Of a stretch of 64,000 nt of DNA, positions 1 through 11,934 are shown in pieces. The notes beneath the pieces are model-generated. The model ran no database searches, was not told the DNA's origin, and saw only the letters and a list, made by a program, of their open reading frames with translations. Both the position numbers and the translations under genes were made by a program. Every line of letters begins with the position of its first letter. Position 1 is the stretch's first letter. This DNA comes from Eledone cirrhosa (taxonomy: Eukaryota), in the NCBI GenBank assembly GCA_964016885.1, contig OZ024743.1, positions 151,714,001 through 151,778,000 on the forward strand. The letters run 5' to 3'.

Positions 1-37
<37 letters not shown>

Positions 38-1543
38 TTCAATCTGTCAGTCTGGTAATGTAACAAATATTGCTTTAAAAAAGAATATCAAATCTTAAAT
101 GAGATGATATAGACTCAATGCTAGATTTATAAACCATCATTATTGTACATCAGGAGTACGTAGGTTTGATTTATTTATTTTGAGTCTCTTTTTATTGGTA
201 TAGATTTATGCAAAAAGAAGCTGATCCCATTACTTACATTCAACCAATGAGACAAGTCAATAATCCCCGTAGCATATCAATAAATGCTTACTATATCTCG
301 ACATTTCAAATATCGGAATAGTTTTGTCCGGTCCATATTGGTTAAATTAGCCTTTTACAGCCCAAAAGAGTTGAGTAGTATATTTTCTGGCCAGTTTTTA
401 AATAGCTTAGAGATTAAATTATATGAAATATCAACATTAAATCTGGGGAAAATACAATGTTTTTTGGCAAGAAACCCATAAGAAAATAATTTTGCTACAA
501 AAAGTACTTCTGAAATTATTTCTTTATTGTTCATTGACTGTAACTTCTTTCCACATGTGTATGCACATACATGGCCACACAGGTATACTCGTACAGAAAA
601 CATATGCATAGACACATAAATATAAAATATGAAGCTTTTTCACATTGATGAAGACTAACTTTTTGGTTTCACACACAAGCATATACATGACACATGTATA
701 TACATGTACATTGTATACACACACATCCATACACATACACATACATGAACACACGTTAAAACAATGAAGCAGTGCTCCACTGCAGAATACTGGGGTTTTG
801 GCTTTATTTCTGCTCCATTCTAAAGCAGGCGATTCAAACGCATCGTTCACGGACCACATTTGGCCAGCAGACTACTTTTCTATAGGCCACAGCAGAACAA
901 TTTTCATAACTATTTTATAAATATTTTCATAAAAATTGGTAATTTGTCCCTCACCCCCTTGTTTCTTGATCTGGATTTTAAAAAGATCACAAAATTTTGT
1001 TGAAGACATTTCTTTAAATGTTATAAAACTTTGAATTTTGCTTTTATTTTCCATTTTAATAATATTTATAATAAAATTTGTTGCAATTACCCATGAAATA
1101 CAATAAAATGGAAAAAGTGGAATTTATCAAAAGTGAAAATGATAAAAAAAGGATTTTACCAATGGTAAAATCAAAATTAAGGAAAATTTGAAATGAAAAA
1201 TTCATCTCCCACATATTATACTGATTCACATATCCCATTTACTATCATGTGGGTATTCATTTTGATGAAAAAATAATAAATATCCAATCAGCTGCATTTC
1301 AGATTAGCATTATAACTGGTGGAGATCACACCCACTCCACTCATCTCACTGTTAACCAACTGTGCCTCTCTCCCAGGACATAATGGTCCTTTTGAGTTTG
1401 AGATCCCTGTTCTAAGGCATGTGAAGCAAACATTGCAAGAGATGTCAACTGACTGAAACAAAAATAGCTGTATGAGGAGCATGCTCAACTGGGATTTCAA
1501 CTTGTCTTGCAAACATGATGACATCTTGGAAGTTTTCCATCAC

Positions 1544-1772
1544 AACCCCTTTTAGCATTTAAACTGGCCATCTTCGGCCAGAATTCTCTCACCTCTTTCT
1601 GTTCAAACCATCCATAACCATCCATTCATACTGATGTTAAGGTATTGTTCTCAAAATAAATAATATCAAAATCACATAGATTCGATATTATGTGAGATAA
1701 TTATGTGAGGTAAAGCCTTTACTGTAAAAATATAATATTAAATATAGAGTAATGTAAATGCTAAAGAGTTAA
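1544..1772 (+). mobile_element. Non-autonomous TTAA-type (piggyBac-like) MITE, family 1, copy 1
   Basis: Ends AACCCCTTTTAGCATTTA ... TAAATGCTAAAGAGTTAA form terminal inverted repeats. The body is near-identical to 15804-16022. Confidence 0.7.
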
Positions 1773-2838
1773 AGTGTATAGGTACATGCATTATATATTG
1801 TTTTATTTCTTTGTATTTTATCATTTAGTTACAAAATAGGGTGGCGAATTGGTAGAATCATTAGTGACATTTGTTCTGACTCATTATATTCTAAATTCAA
1901 AACCTGCCACAGTCATCTTTATCTTCAGAGTTTCATTCAGGGTCGTTTTAATCAACTTTTCCCCCTCTTCCCAAACTACTGGCCTGCTGCCTAGATTAGA
2001 AATAATTATTTAGTCACAGAATAATGGGTAGTATGAATGATATTGGCTTTCCTTCCCAAATATCATCATTTAACATCTGTTTTCCCTGCTAGCGTGAGCT
2101 GGATGGGTTGCTAGGACTACAATGCTATGTACATCCTATGTGTATGTTATCCTACACTCTATTGACTGCCAATCTGCCACCTTCAGGTGACTTATAATAT
2201 TTTCATCCACTTAAGTATCTCATATCTGTTACAAGAATTCATCTCACTAATAAACAATCAATGTTGAATATTTCATATATCTGATACAAACTATACTTCA
2301 AATGAACTTGTAGCTATTTATAGTAGATGCAATCTCTGACAAATTAGTTGGCCTAATTATTAGAAGTATCATGCACTTTTAAACTGACCTTATATTTCAA
2401 TTTATCTGACCATTATGTACAGTATATATTAATTCATTCCCATAACAACCTTTGCAAACTTATGTAAATTAGGAAGACCAGTTTTGTTTTGTCCAGGTTT
2501 TTGTATACTATAAATAGCTATGACATACCATGCTGTGTATGTAATCTCTAATGAGAGTTTTATAAAACTTCAAACAAATCAGATTGAGACCTTTTGTACT
2601 TACAGACTTTAAAAAAACAACCTAATAGACTAACCACAGAATCTACCATTCATAGTGAAGCTAGAATCTGTGTTTACTAAAACCACAGGCTAGTAAGTGT
2701 ATTACACTGTTAAGTATAGCTTCATTGTATGTATGTATGTGTATATATATAAATCAATGTTAGGAAAAACAGACAAGGCGTGATTAGAAAAACTTACTTA
2801 ATTATACCTGTATATATATATATATAATATATATATAA

Positions 2839-3565
2839 TCATCATTGTTTAATGCCTAGTTTCCATGTTTCCATGGGTTAGATGGCTTGTCACAATATGA
2901 GACAAGTCAGGTCAGGAGACCATGTCCTGCTCATATGGATATCTATTTTGGCATGGCTTCTATGGCTAGATGCCCTTCCTAGAACCAACCACATTACAGT
3001 ATGGATTGGGTGCTTTTTATTGTAGCACCAAAACGACCATCTAACAGAGTTGACTGGGTGCTTTTTGTTGTGTCAGCAGCATGACCACCTTACAGGGTGG
3101 ACTGCGTGATTTTTCACATGTCACCAGCATGACAACCACACAGGGTGAGCTGAGTGCTTTTTTGTTGTGTCACCAGCACGACCACCATTATGGGGTGAAC
3201 TCGGAGCTTTTTTGTTGTGTCACCAAGATGATCACCTTACAGGGTGGACTGGGCGCTCTTTTTGTCATGTCACTTGTACAACCACTTCACAGGGTGGGCT
3301 GAGTGCTTTTTTCATGTCACCAGCATGACCTCTATACAGGGGGAACTGGGAGTACCCTGTCATGTCACTAGCACTATCATCTTATCGGGTGCATTTGTAG
3401 CTGCTTTTTTTATGTTATTATGAACCCCTTACAAGATGGAATAGTTGTTTTTAATGTAGTTGTAATGCCAGATTGCCATACAAGGTGGACAAAGTGCCTT
3501 TTCTAATGGCAGCAGATTGTGGGAGGAGGAGCAGATTTGGAGCAAGTCCTTCTATATAGGTGTTG
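2839..3565 (-). mobile_element. RTE-related 3'-UTR fragment containing a ~49-bp tandem array of about 10 copies
   Basis: The reverse complement has the AGGAAGGGCATC...AACCCATG...GATGAT tail also seen at 6700-6860. The array unit GTCACCAGCATGACCACCTTACAGGGTGGACTGGGTGCTTTTTTGTTGT recurs at about 3072, 3120, 3169, 3219, 3269, 3316 and 3365. Confidence 0.65.
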
Positions 3566-3618
3566 AGCTATATATACATACATACACACACACACACAAA
3601 TATATATATATATATATA

Positions 3619-3773
3619 TGGCGTTAGGAAGGGCATCCAGCCGTAGAAAACCAGCCAGAAACACTTCTATATGAGTGAGACATGGTCACCCAACACAACT
3701 TGTCTCAAAATAGGACCCATTTAACCCATGCTAGCGTGGAAGATAGACGTTAATCGATGATGGTGATGATGAT
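3619..3773 (+). mobile_element. 5'-truncated RTE/SINE 3' tail inserted in (TA)n
   Basis: TGGCGTTAGGAAGGGCATCCAGCCGTAGAAA...AACCCATGCTAGCGTGGAAGATAGACGTTAA followed by (GAT)n. Related copies at 4712-4880(-), 40025-40240(-) and 57845-58030(+). Confidence 0.7.
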
Positions 3774-4317
3774 ATATATATATATATATACATATACATT
3801 TAAATATATGTATACATACATACAACTTAAACTATTCCATTGATCATATAAATATGAGATTCTCTCATTGACCCATCATGAACTTACAAGAAGCAATTAC
3901 AACAAACATCATACACAATAAAACAAAGCATTAGTGGATCATACATCTAAACTATATAGGTTTCACTACAGAAATAGATGATTAATTATGGAAGCAGCAG
4001 AAGGTTGAACAAAATTCACAGTCAACATACACATGCCAGAAACAAAATAAACATGCAACTGATGACATTTAAATCTAAAAATAAAATCTCAAATTTCAAA
4101 TTACAGTGATAAAATGATAAAATCAACACAAATTCTGGTGATTAAGTCTACACAAATTCCATTAGGTTATTACACACATACTCAAAAAGCCCCCAACACT
4201 TCACATCTTGAACATAATCATGTTTTTAACACACACACATATACGTGTATGTATGTCTGCATGAGTAAATAAATAAATATATATATATATATATATTTCA
4301 TTATTATCATTGTTTAA

Positions 4318-4716
4318 GGGCGGTGGATTGGCAGTATTGGTAGAGGGTTGGACGCCATGCTTTTCAGCAAAGAGTTACGTCCCTTTATGGTCTGAGTTCA
4401 AATCTTGCCGAGGTTAACTTTGCCTTTCATCCTTACGGGGTCGATAAAATAAAGCACCAGTAATATACTGGGATAATTGCTGGCCTTGTGCCAAAAGTAG
4501 AAACAATTATTGTCATCGTTTATGGCGGTCGATTGGCAGTATTGGTAGAGGGTCGGACGCCATGCTTTGACGCATAGAGTTACGGCCCTTGCCATTCTGA
4601 GTTCAAATCCCGCGAAGGTTAACTTTGCCTTTCATCCTTACAGGGTCGATAAAATAAAGTACCAGTAATGCACTGGGTAATTGTTGGCCTTGTGCCAAAA
4701 AGTAGAACCAATTATT
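4318..4716 (+). mobile_element. Head-to-tail dimer of a tRNA-related SINE with a Deu/Nin-like central domain (4318-4511 and 4524-4716)
   Basis: Two ~195-bp copies, each with an A-box-like TGGCAGTATTGG, a B-box-like GAGTTCAAATC and the core GCCTTTCATCCTTACGGGGTCGATAAAATAAAGTACCAG. The Deu/Nin assignment is from memory of that core. Confidence 0.75.
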
Positions 4717-5028
4717 ATCATCGTTTAACATCTATCTTCCACGCTAGCATGGGTTAGACGGGTTTATCCTATTTAAGACAAGTTGGGTCGGGTGACTGTG
4801 TCTTGCTCATATAGGATTGTTTCTGGCTGGTTTTCTAATGCTGGATTCCCTTCCTAATGCCAACCACATTTAGAGTGTGTGCTATATATATATATATATA
4901 TTATATATATATATATATATATGTGTGTGTGCGTGTATGTATGTGTTGTTCGATATGCCAACAACCAGCAGGTAGCTACTCCTGTTCCCCCTGCCCCATA
5001 TCATTCTATCATTCTATTTCCATTTTGA

Positions 5029-6860
5029 CCTAGATGAAATGCAGTTCGGGTTTGTGTCAGGCAAAAGTACCACAGACGCTCTTTTCATAGTACGACAACT
5101 ACAGGAGAAGTACCTAGCTAAAGGTAAACCCCTCTACTTAGCTTTTGTCGACTTGGAGAAAGCCTTCGACTGGTGGGCTCTTAAAAAACTAGGCGTTGAC
5201 GAATGGCTTGTGAGGGCTATACAAGCCATGTATAAAGAAACAGTCAGCAAGGTTAGAATTAACAACGAATATAGTGAAGAGTTTAGCGTAAAAGTTGGCG
5301 TCCATCAGGGCTCTGTTCTCAGCCCCCTACTATTTATTATTGCCCTTCAGGCTATAACAGAGGAGTTCAAGACAGGCTGCCCATGGGAACTCCTATACGC
5401 AGACGACCTGACACTCATAGCGGAATCAATGGCCGAACTAGAGAAGAAATTCCAAACATGGAAGCACGGCCTAGAGTCAAAAGGACTTAAAATTAACCTG
5501 GCTAAGACCAAAGTTCTAGTTTGTAGGAAAGAAAACAAGGCGGCGATCCCTGCTGGGAAATGGTCGTGCTCGGTGTGTAGGAAAGGCGTAGGTAGAAACT
5601 CCATTTTATGTCCTAAATGCAAAGTATGGGTGCATAAAAGATGTAGTGGGATCACAGGTAAGCTAACTAAGAACATAGATTTTACATGTGGCCGGTGTTC
5701 TGGTGCAATAAGTAGCAGCAAGTGCCCACAAAATACTAGCTCTTTCAATTGCGCAGAGGGTTCTATAGAAATAGTGGACAGCTTCCGTTACCTGGGCGAT
5801 AAAATCAGCAGTGGGGGAGGGTGCTCTGAAAGTACTGTAGCTAGAGTCAGAACTGGTTGGAAAAAGTTCAGAGAGCTTATACCACTATTAGCTGCTAAAG
5901 GGTTCTCCCTAAAAATGAAAGGCAGGTTGTACGATGCCTGCATACGAACAGCAATGCTGCATGGCAGTGAGACCTGGGCATTGTGTGCAGAGGATATACG
6001 CAGACTAGAGAGGAACGAAGCTTGCATGCTCCGCTGGATGTGTAACAGTAATATACGTGAACGGCAAAGCATAAACGAACTAAGGAAAAAATTAGAGATA
6101 AGAGGGATCAGATGTTGTTTACTCGAGAGAAGGCTACGTTGGTATGGACACGTGATGCGCATGAAAGTCGATAGCTGTATAACAAAGTGCAGGGCAATAA
6201 AGATAGACGGTAGTCACGGAATAGGCAGACCTAGAAAAACCTGGGACGAGCTGATAAACTCCGACATCACACACTTACACCTCTCCAAGACAATGTCACT
6301 GGACCGAGACCTTTGGCGGTACTCAGTAACAGAGAAGACCCGCCTTACCTAAATATATAGTAAAACCTACTCCAGCCAGTAGGCATCTCTAACAAAATAC
6401 ACCCCGTCCCACCACCACCACCCCCACCCCATCCACACCACCCCGTTCTATGTAAAGTTATGTTGGTGCCGCGCCATCGAGGCCGAAACAAATGAGATCG
6501 TGTAGGTGTCACGACAAAAAAACACACAGTCCACGCTGTAATGTGGCCGTGTAGGCAACACGGTAAAAACCTCCCAGTCCCACACTGTAAACGTGGTTGG
6601 TGTTAGGAAGGGCATTCAACTGTAGAAAACCTGCCAGACAGTCCACGCTGTAATGTGGCCGTGTAGGCAACACGGTAAAAACCTCCCAGACCCACACTGT
6701 AAATGTGGTTGGTGTTAGGAAGGGCATCCAACTGTAGAAAACCTGCCAGACAGTCCTATGCGAGCAAGACAATCACTCTTGCCTCAAGTGGGACTACCCC
6801 CGTCCAAACCCATGCAAGCGTGGAACACGGACGTTAAACGTTGATGATGATGATGATGAT
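5029..6860 (+). mobile_element. 5'-truncated RTE-clade LINE, subfamily A, with a structured 3' UTR and (GAT)n tail
   Basis: The RT ORF 5039-6352 is followed by a ~500-bp 3' UTR containing a 112-bp direct duplication (6527 and 6639) and ending GGACGTTAAACGTTGATGATGAT. Confidence 0.92.
5039..6352 (+). CDS. RTE ORF2 fragment: reverse transcriptase, internal PHD finger and RTE C-terminal domain (endonuclease missing)
   Basis: Motifs QFGF, FVDLEKAFD, GVHQGSVLSPLLF, YADD, FRYLG, HGSETW, RLRWYGHVMRM and GRPRKTW. It has a 7-codon in-frame deletion (DRVPRSVIWW to DWW) relative to the 50231 copy. Confidence 0.9.
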   Translation: MQFGFVSGKSTTDALFIVRQLQEKYLAKGKPLYLAFVDLEKAFDWWALKKLGVDEWLVRAIQAMYKETVSKVRINNEYSEEFSVKVGVHQGSVLSPLLFIIALQAITEEFKTGCPWELLYADDLTLIAESMAELEKKFQTWKHGLESKGLKINLAKTKVLVCRKENKAAIPAGKWSCSVCRKGVGRNSILCPKCKVWVHKRCSGITGKLTKNIDFTCGRCSGAISSSKCPQNTSSFNCAEGSIEIVDSFRYLGDKISSGGGCSESTVARVRTGWKKFRELIPLLAAKGFSLKMKGRLYDACIRTAMLHGSETWALCAEDIRRLERNEACMLRWMCNSNIRERQSINELRKKLEIRGIRCCLLERRLRWYGHVMRMKVDSCITKCRAIKIDGSHGIGRPRKTWDELINSDITHLHLSKTMSLDRDLWRYSVTEKTRLT

Positions 6861-7259
6861 ATATATATATATATTCATACACTTTTCACATTTAACCCTT
6901 TGACCAAAACTCCCCTTCAAGCTACTTTCGGGTACTTTGCTTTGAAAGGATAGAAAGGATGTAGGGTGGAAAGGACCATTTTTTCATATAGGGTAGAAAG
7001 GGCTATTTAGTCTAGTGCTGGAGCCATGATAAAATAAGGTCAAGTGGTTGTTGTTAAGAAGGGTATACAGAAACCATGGTTCCTCCAATCAGTCTTAGGA
7101 GGAGCTGTGACTAAATAAGAACAAATGACTAAAAACATAACAGCTCCTTGAGCATGTAATAGTGTTGAAAGTATATGTAAAATTAAAATGATGGATGATG
7201 ATGATGATGATGCGTGTGTATATATCATCATCATCATTGGCACTTAATGTCCATTTTTT

Positions 7260-7304
<45 letters not shown>

Positions 7305-7305
<1 letters not shown>

Positions 7306-7510
7306 ATTAGTATATCTACCAACATATGTATACAGATGTATACCCATGCTAGCAAATATATATATTATGTCTTAGTACCTTTGTGGTTCTATGCAGGGGG
7401 GGGGGTGCAGAACAATTATATGAAAGACGTAAAATAAGAAAATTTAAAAAATTTTAGTGAAAATTTTAGTAAGTTAATTTTTAATTTTTAAAATTTTCTT
7501 ATTTTACGTC

Positions 7511-7519
<9 letters not shown>
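7305..7519 (+). repeat. Repeat unit ending in a fold-back hairpin (7417-7519), with an inverted homolog at 8770-8975
   Basis: TATATGAAAGACGTAAAATAAGAAAATTT is paired with its reverse complement. The ~110-bp flank matches the reverse complement of 8860-8975. Confidence 0.75.
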
Positions 7520-7541
<22 letters not shown>

Positions 7542-7707
7542 AAGAAAGAGAGAGAGATAGAGATATGTAAAATCATGACTGCGATGCCAAGCAGACTATA
7601 TATATATATATATATATATACAGACACGCTCACACACACATATATATATATGTGCGTGTGTGTGTGTGTATGTATATATAAGTATAAAGAAAGTGATCAA
7701 GTGCAGT

Positions 7708-7873
7708 AATGCTATAACGATAACTTATAAAATAAGGTAAACACCCTTAAAAGACTGTAAAAGAAATTGCCATCGGTCGCTATGGAGTTCAATTCCTTAT
7801 AGCAGCCGATGGCAACATTTTTTCCATCTTTTTAGGGTGTTCACCCTATTTTATAAGGTATCTTTATAGCATT
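7708..7873. repeat. Imperfect 166-bp palindrome
   Basis: AATGCTATAA...TTGCCATCGGTCGCTAT pairs with ATAGCAGCCGATGGCAA...TTATAGCATT. Confidence 0.8.
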
Positions 7874-7952
7874 TCCGGGCTTGAGCACTTACTTTATACT
7901 TATATATATATATATATTCACAGCACTTCTAAAGGCTGAAAATTCGGTTTTG

Positions 7953-7989
<37 letters not shown>

Positions 7990-8540
7990 AACACACACAC
8001 ACACATATATATATAAAATATGTAGGTTCCAAGTGCACTTGGGTCCAAGTAGACAGCTCACAAAAACAAAATGGTGTAAGACAGATCAAAGGAGATACAC
8101 AAAATAACAAAAGTAGTCACTGAGGAGGTCACATAATGTGTGACAAAACACCTTTGATGACAATCAATAACTAAACAACCATCCAGCCCTATTATTAAAC
8201 TAACCGTTTGGGAAATTATAATAATAAATTAAAGTGAAACCCAACAGGTGCATGTGTTTTTATTGGCAGCATGACCCTCCCAAAGTATAACAATATCTGT
8301 TTCAACATATGGTTTCAGATAAAAAATTTTACAAAACAAATACAAAATATCATTTACTCCAGTAACCAGTTGAGTGCTCTAAATCAGTTATAAACATTTA
8401 TGTTTGTCGGACTTCCAACAAATTAAATACAACTTCTACTTATATATATATATATGTGTGTGTGTCTGATGGTAGCTAAGATGCTTCCATAGGCAGTATG
8501 CCGGTTGAGCACTCTATGCTCTTACAGAGCAGAGTATGAT

Positions 8541-8688
8541 AGAATAGAAAACGAAAAATCAGTGATGCATCTGAACTCAATTTATTGTGTGTTACAATAG
8601 TTACAATAGCTTGAGCTGTCCACCGGTGAAACTATTGTAACACACAATAAATTGAGTTCAGATGCATCACTGATTTTTCGTTTTCTAT

Positions 8689-8691
<3 letters not shown>
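8541..8691. repeat. Perfect 62-bp inverted repeat with a 27-nt loop
   Basis: 8541-8602 is the exact reverse complement of 8630-8691, checked base by base. Confidence 0.92.
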
Positions 8692-8769
<78 letters not shown>

Positions 8770-8776
<7 letters not shown>

Positions 8777-8975
8777 AGACGTAAAATAAGAAAATTATAA
8801 AATTAAGTTATTTTAGTAAGTAAGTTAATTTTATAATTTTCTTATTTTACGTCTCTTATATTATTGTTCTGCAACCCCATGCATTGAACCACACTGTTAT
8901 TAAGACAAAACCTATATATTTGCTAGCATTGATATGCATCTGTATGTATATATATGTTACTAGATATGAATTCTT
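8770..8975 (-). repeat. Second copy of the hairpin-terminated unit (perfect ~36-bp arms at 8771-8806 and 8825-8860)
   Basis: TATAAGAGACGTAAAATAAGAAAATTATAAAATTAA and its reverse complement, flanked by long (TA)n tracts. Confidence 0.8.
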
Positions 8976-9079
<104 letters not shown>

Positions 9080-11934
9080 AGTGAGAGAGAGATCGTAAAT
9101 GTCCAATATCTATTGCTAAATTAAACACTTCCAATGCAGTAAAACCAATGGATATAAAAATATCCCAAGAAAATCAAAAAGTAATTTCTTTCTTGAATCA
9201 TGTCTATAGTAAGTTTCTAAAAATGGCAAATGTGTAGGTAGAAATAGTAGACTGCCAGACTAAATGTTTTACAAAGTAAACAGTTAGTTCTGATGACACT
9301 AACACTAGTCTTTGTCAGCAATTAGTAAGTTGAAATAGTTTAAGAGTAGAATAAATTGCTTTTCTACTAGGAAGAGAAAAAGACAAACGCGGTTTCCTGT
9401 TCTCTTCTACAATTTGATACATTTGAAGAGTTTTGTATGAACCTTAACATAGAGAAAGACCTCAATTTTCACAATTTTAATTTCAAAAACCCCTGGAAGT
9501 TTCATGGTGACAAGTTATAAAATCTTTGATGGGATTTCACGTTTTTCTCTTTCTTTCTGTAGTGGGCATCCTTTGAGAGTTTCAAGTTATGAAACCATTG
9601 TGTTTCCATCCTAAACATCCCAGGACAACTCTCAGGCCTACTGCCAGTTTACATGGCATTAGATGGCAACTGTAATATAATTTTTGAACATTCCTCTCTA
9701 ACTAAGGCCTAAATGTGTCCCTTGTTACCCTGCATGAAGGATGATACAGTATGATTGCTTCTATTGAATCCTACCATACTACGGTTTCTTTTTGGTGATC
9801 CTATTCATACCCATCACCAATTTGGTAATTCTCTCAGACCCACAAAGACTAAATGTTTTTAGAGGCAACCTTTACTCATCTTGGCATAACTACAGAACTG
9901 GGTTGCTGACTTTTCCTGAAAGCTAACAGTGTTACCCATTGTTCCATCCCCTCTACTAGCTGACTGCTATTTGGTCTGGGGATGCTTATTCTTCTGGCAG
10001 GAGCCTACTTATGTCAAAACTCAGATCAATTGAAAGCAGTTGCTTCTAAAAGGACACTCTGGAAGGTATATCTGAGGACTCTGCCCTCACAACCCTCCCA
10101 CGAATAAGTGAAAGGAAGAGAAAGGGGAGGCAGAGGCAGAGGAGAGATTTTATTCTTCTTAATTTAAAGTTCGAACCTTACTATAATCAATTATGCATTT
10201 AATTCCATATTCTTCAGATAATAAAACAGTTATTTACCAGCAACCTTCTAGTTTAGGGTGGTGATTTGTATAGTCTTGTGGTATTTGTTCCAACTCATTG
10301 TATTCTCAGTTCGAATTCTAGCTTAGTCTACCTAGATGGCAGACTTAATCAATCACCATTGAAAAACCTACCAGCAGGGTTTTGAGTACCTTGAGGGGTG
10401 TCCATTCTGCTGTAAACATTTTGGGCAAGCATCTGGTCTGAGGATTCATTTCTCCCTCCCCACACACCAGTCTCAGAAGCCTTGAAGAAGGGTTATACTT
10501 CAAATAGTAACAAACTGCATACACAGCCAAAATCTTCAGAAATGTTTCTACTTAGGAGAATTGAAAGTAAATATATTATCATGTTTATTAAATTAGTTTG
10601 GAACCAAGTTACTTGGTTCCAATAATAGAGATATTGCAGTAGATAAATTTAAACCAACTAGAAACCTTATTTTCTGTGAAACCAGTGAATCTAATTAACC
10701 TATTTCTTGAAATTGCAACATTACTTAAATTATATAGATATGTTAAAATAATGCCAATACTTAAACGGTTCTGCTGGTAGGTATTTTTAACATTTTTATT
10801 TAATTCTTTTTTTTAATGTCAGCTAGCCTCAATTGTACTTCTCACGGCCATCACAAAGGAAATGAAAACAGAATGTGTTTGACAGATTTTGTATCTAAAC
10901 AATCTCATTTCATTGCTAAATCTGTAGAAGAGTAAAACTTGATAAGAAAAGGTTTATATAGAAAATACCTCAAGGTGTTCATGACTAAAAGAAAAGTATT
11001 ATTACAAGGAACAACAGAAGTCCAGCTGTATAAGACAAGCAGCCTAGTTTGGTATAGGAGATAGGAGTAGTATTGTCAGTGCAAATAATGAATGCACTAA
11101 AGTTGTAGTAGGAACTCTGGAAGCCTGATAAGAAATCAGGAGAGAAAGTATACCAAAAGGAGAAATCCCAAAGAGAAAATTTGCATATTATTAATAGGGA
11201 GTGAACAATAATCAATATTCAAGTGAAGTTTTGGTGGTAACAAAGGTGTACACACATTCTATTCTTTTACTAGTGATTCGAAGAGAGAAGGGCAGTGCCT
11301 AAAATTATTTCAAGGGCCCTAAATTGGTGGGAGAGAACATCATCGAATTGGAAACCTGGCTTGAATAATTTAAACAGAATAGACTTTGATATAGTCACTT
11401 AATGATGTTAAACTAGACAACAAATTAATTCTATCACCCAAGGGTGGATTAAATTTACCACCCAAATATATGAACTATGTGTACTATGATTATATGGCAG
11501 TGAAATATGGAAAATAAATGCACAGATCTTTGAAGACTGAACGTATCATGGTTGGTTGTGCAATGATAGTTTATCCAAGTAGCTGACTGCGAGTTAGAAA
11601 AGTGGGCAACAAAGATATTGCATAGAGAAGTACTGCTAGTACAGTTTGTAAATCCATTGAATTCATACCAGCTTTGAAAAACTGAAGTAAAAAACCCCAG
11701 TGCCAATGAAGAAGCCTGTATACTGTTTCATAGCCTGCTAGAAGTAGCAGCCAAATCTCTATCAAATTACATTGTTCCATATTAAAAAGTAAGGACACAT
11801 TAGATAATGCAAATGTAGTTTTAAATGTCTGAAAAAGGACATGGGATAGTAAAAACTGAAATAGATTTGATTACAGGTATGCTCAAACAATCTATCCCTT
11901 CCAGGTACAAAGAACTCACCATCAAGTAACACAT

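Noticed and set aside
6460-6495. GGCCGAAAC in the RTE-A 3' UTR as a possible hammerhead half
   Set aside because: There is no upstream CUGANGA box or matching stems.
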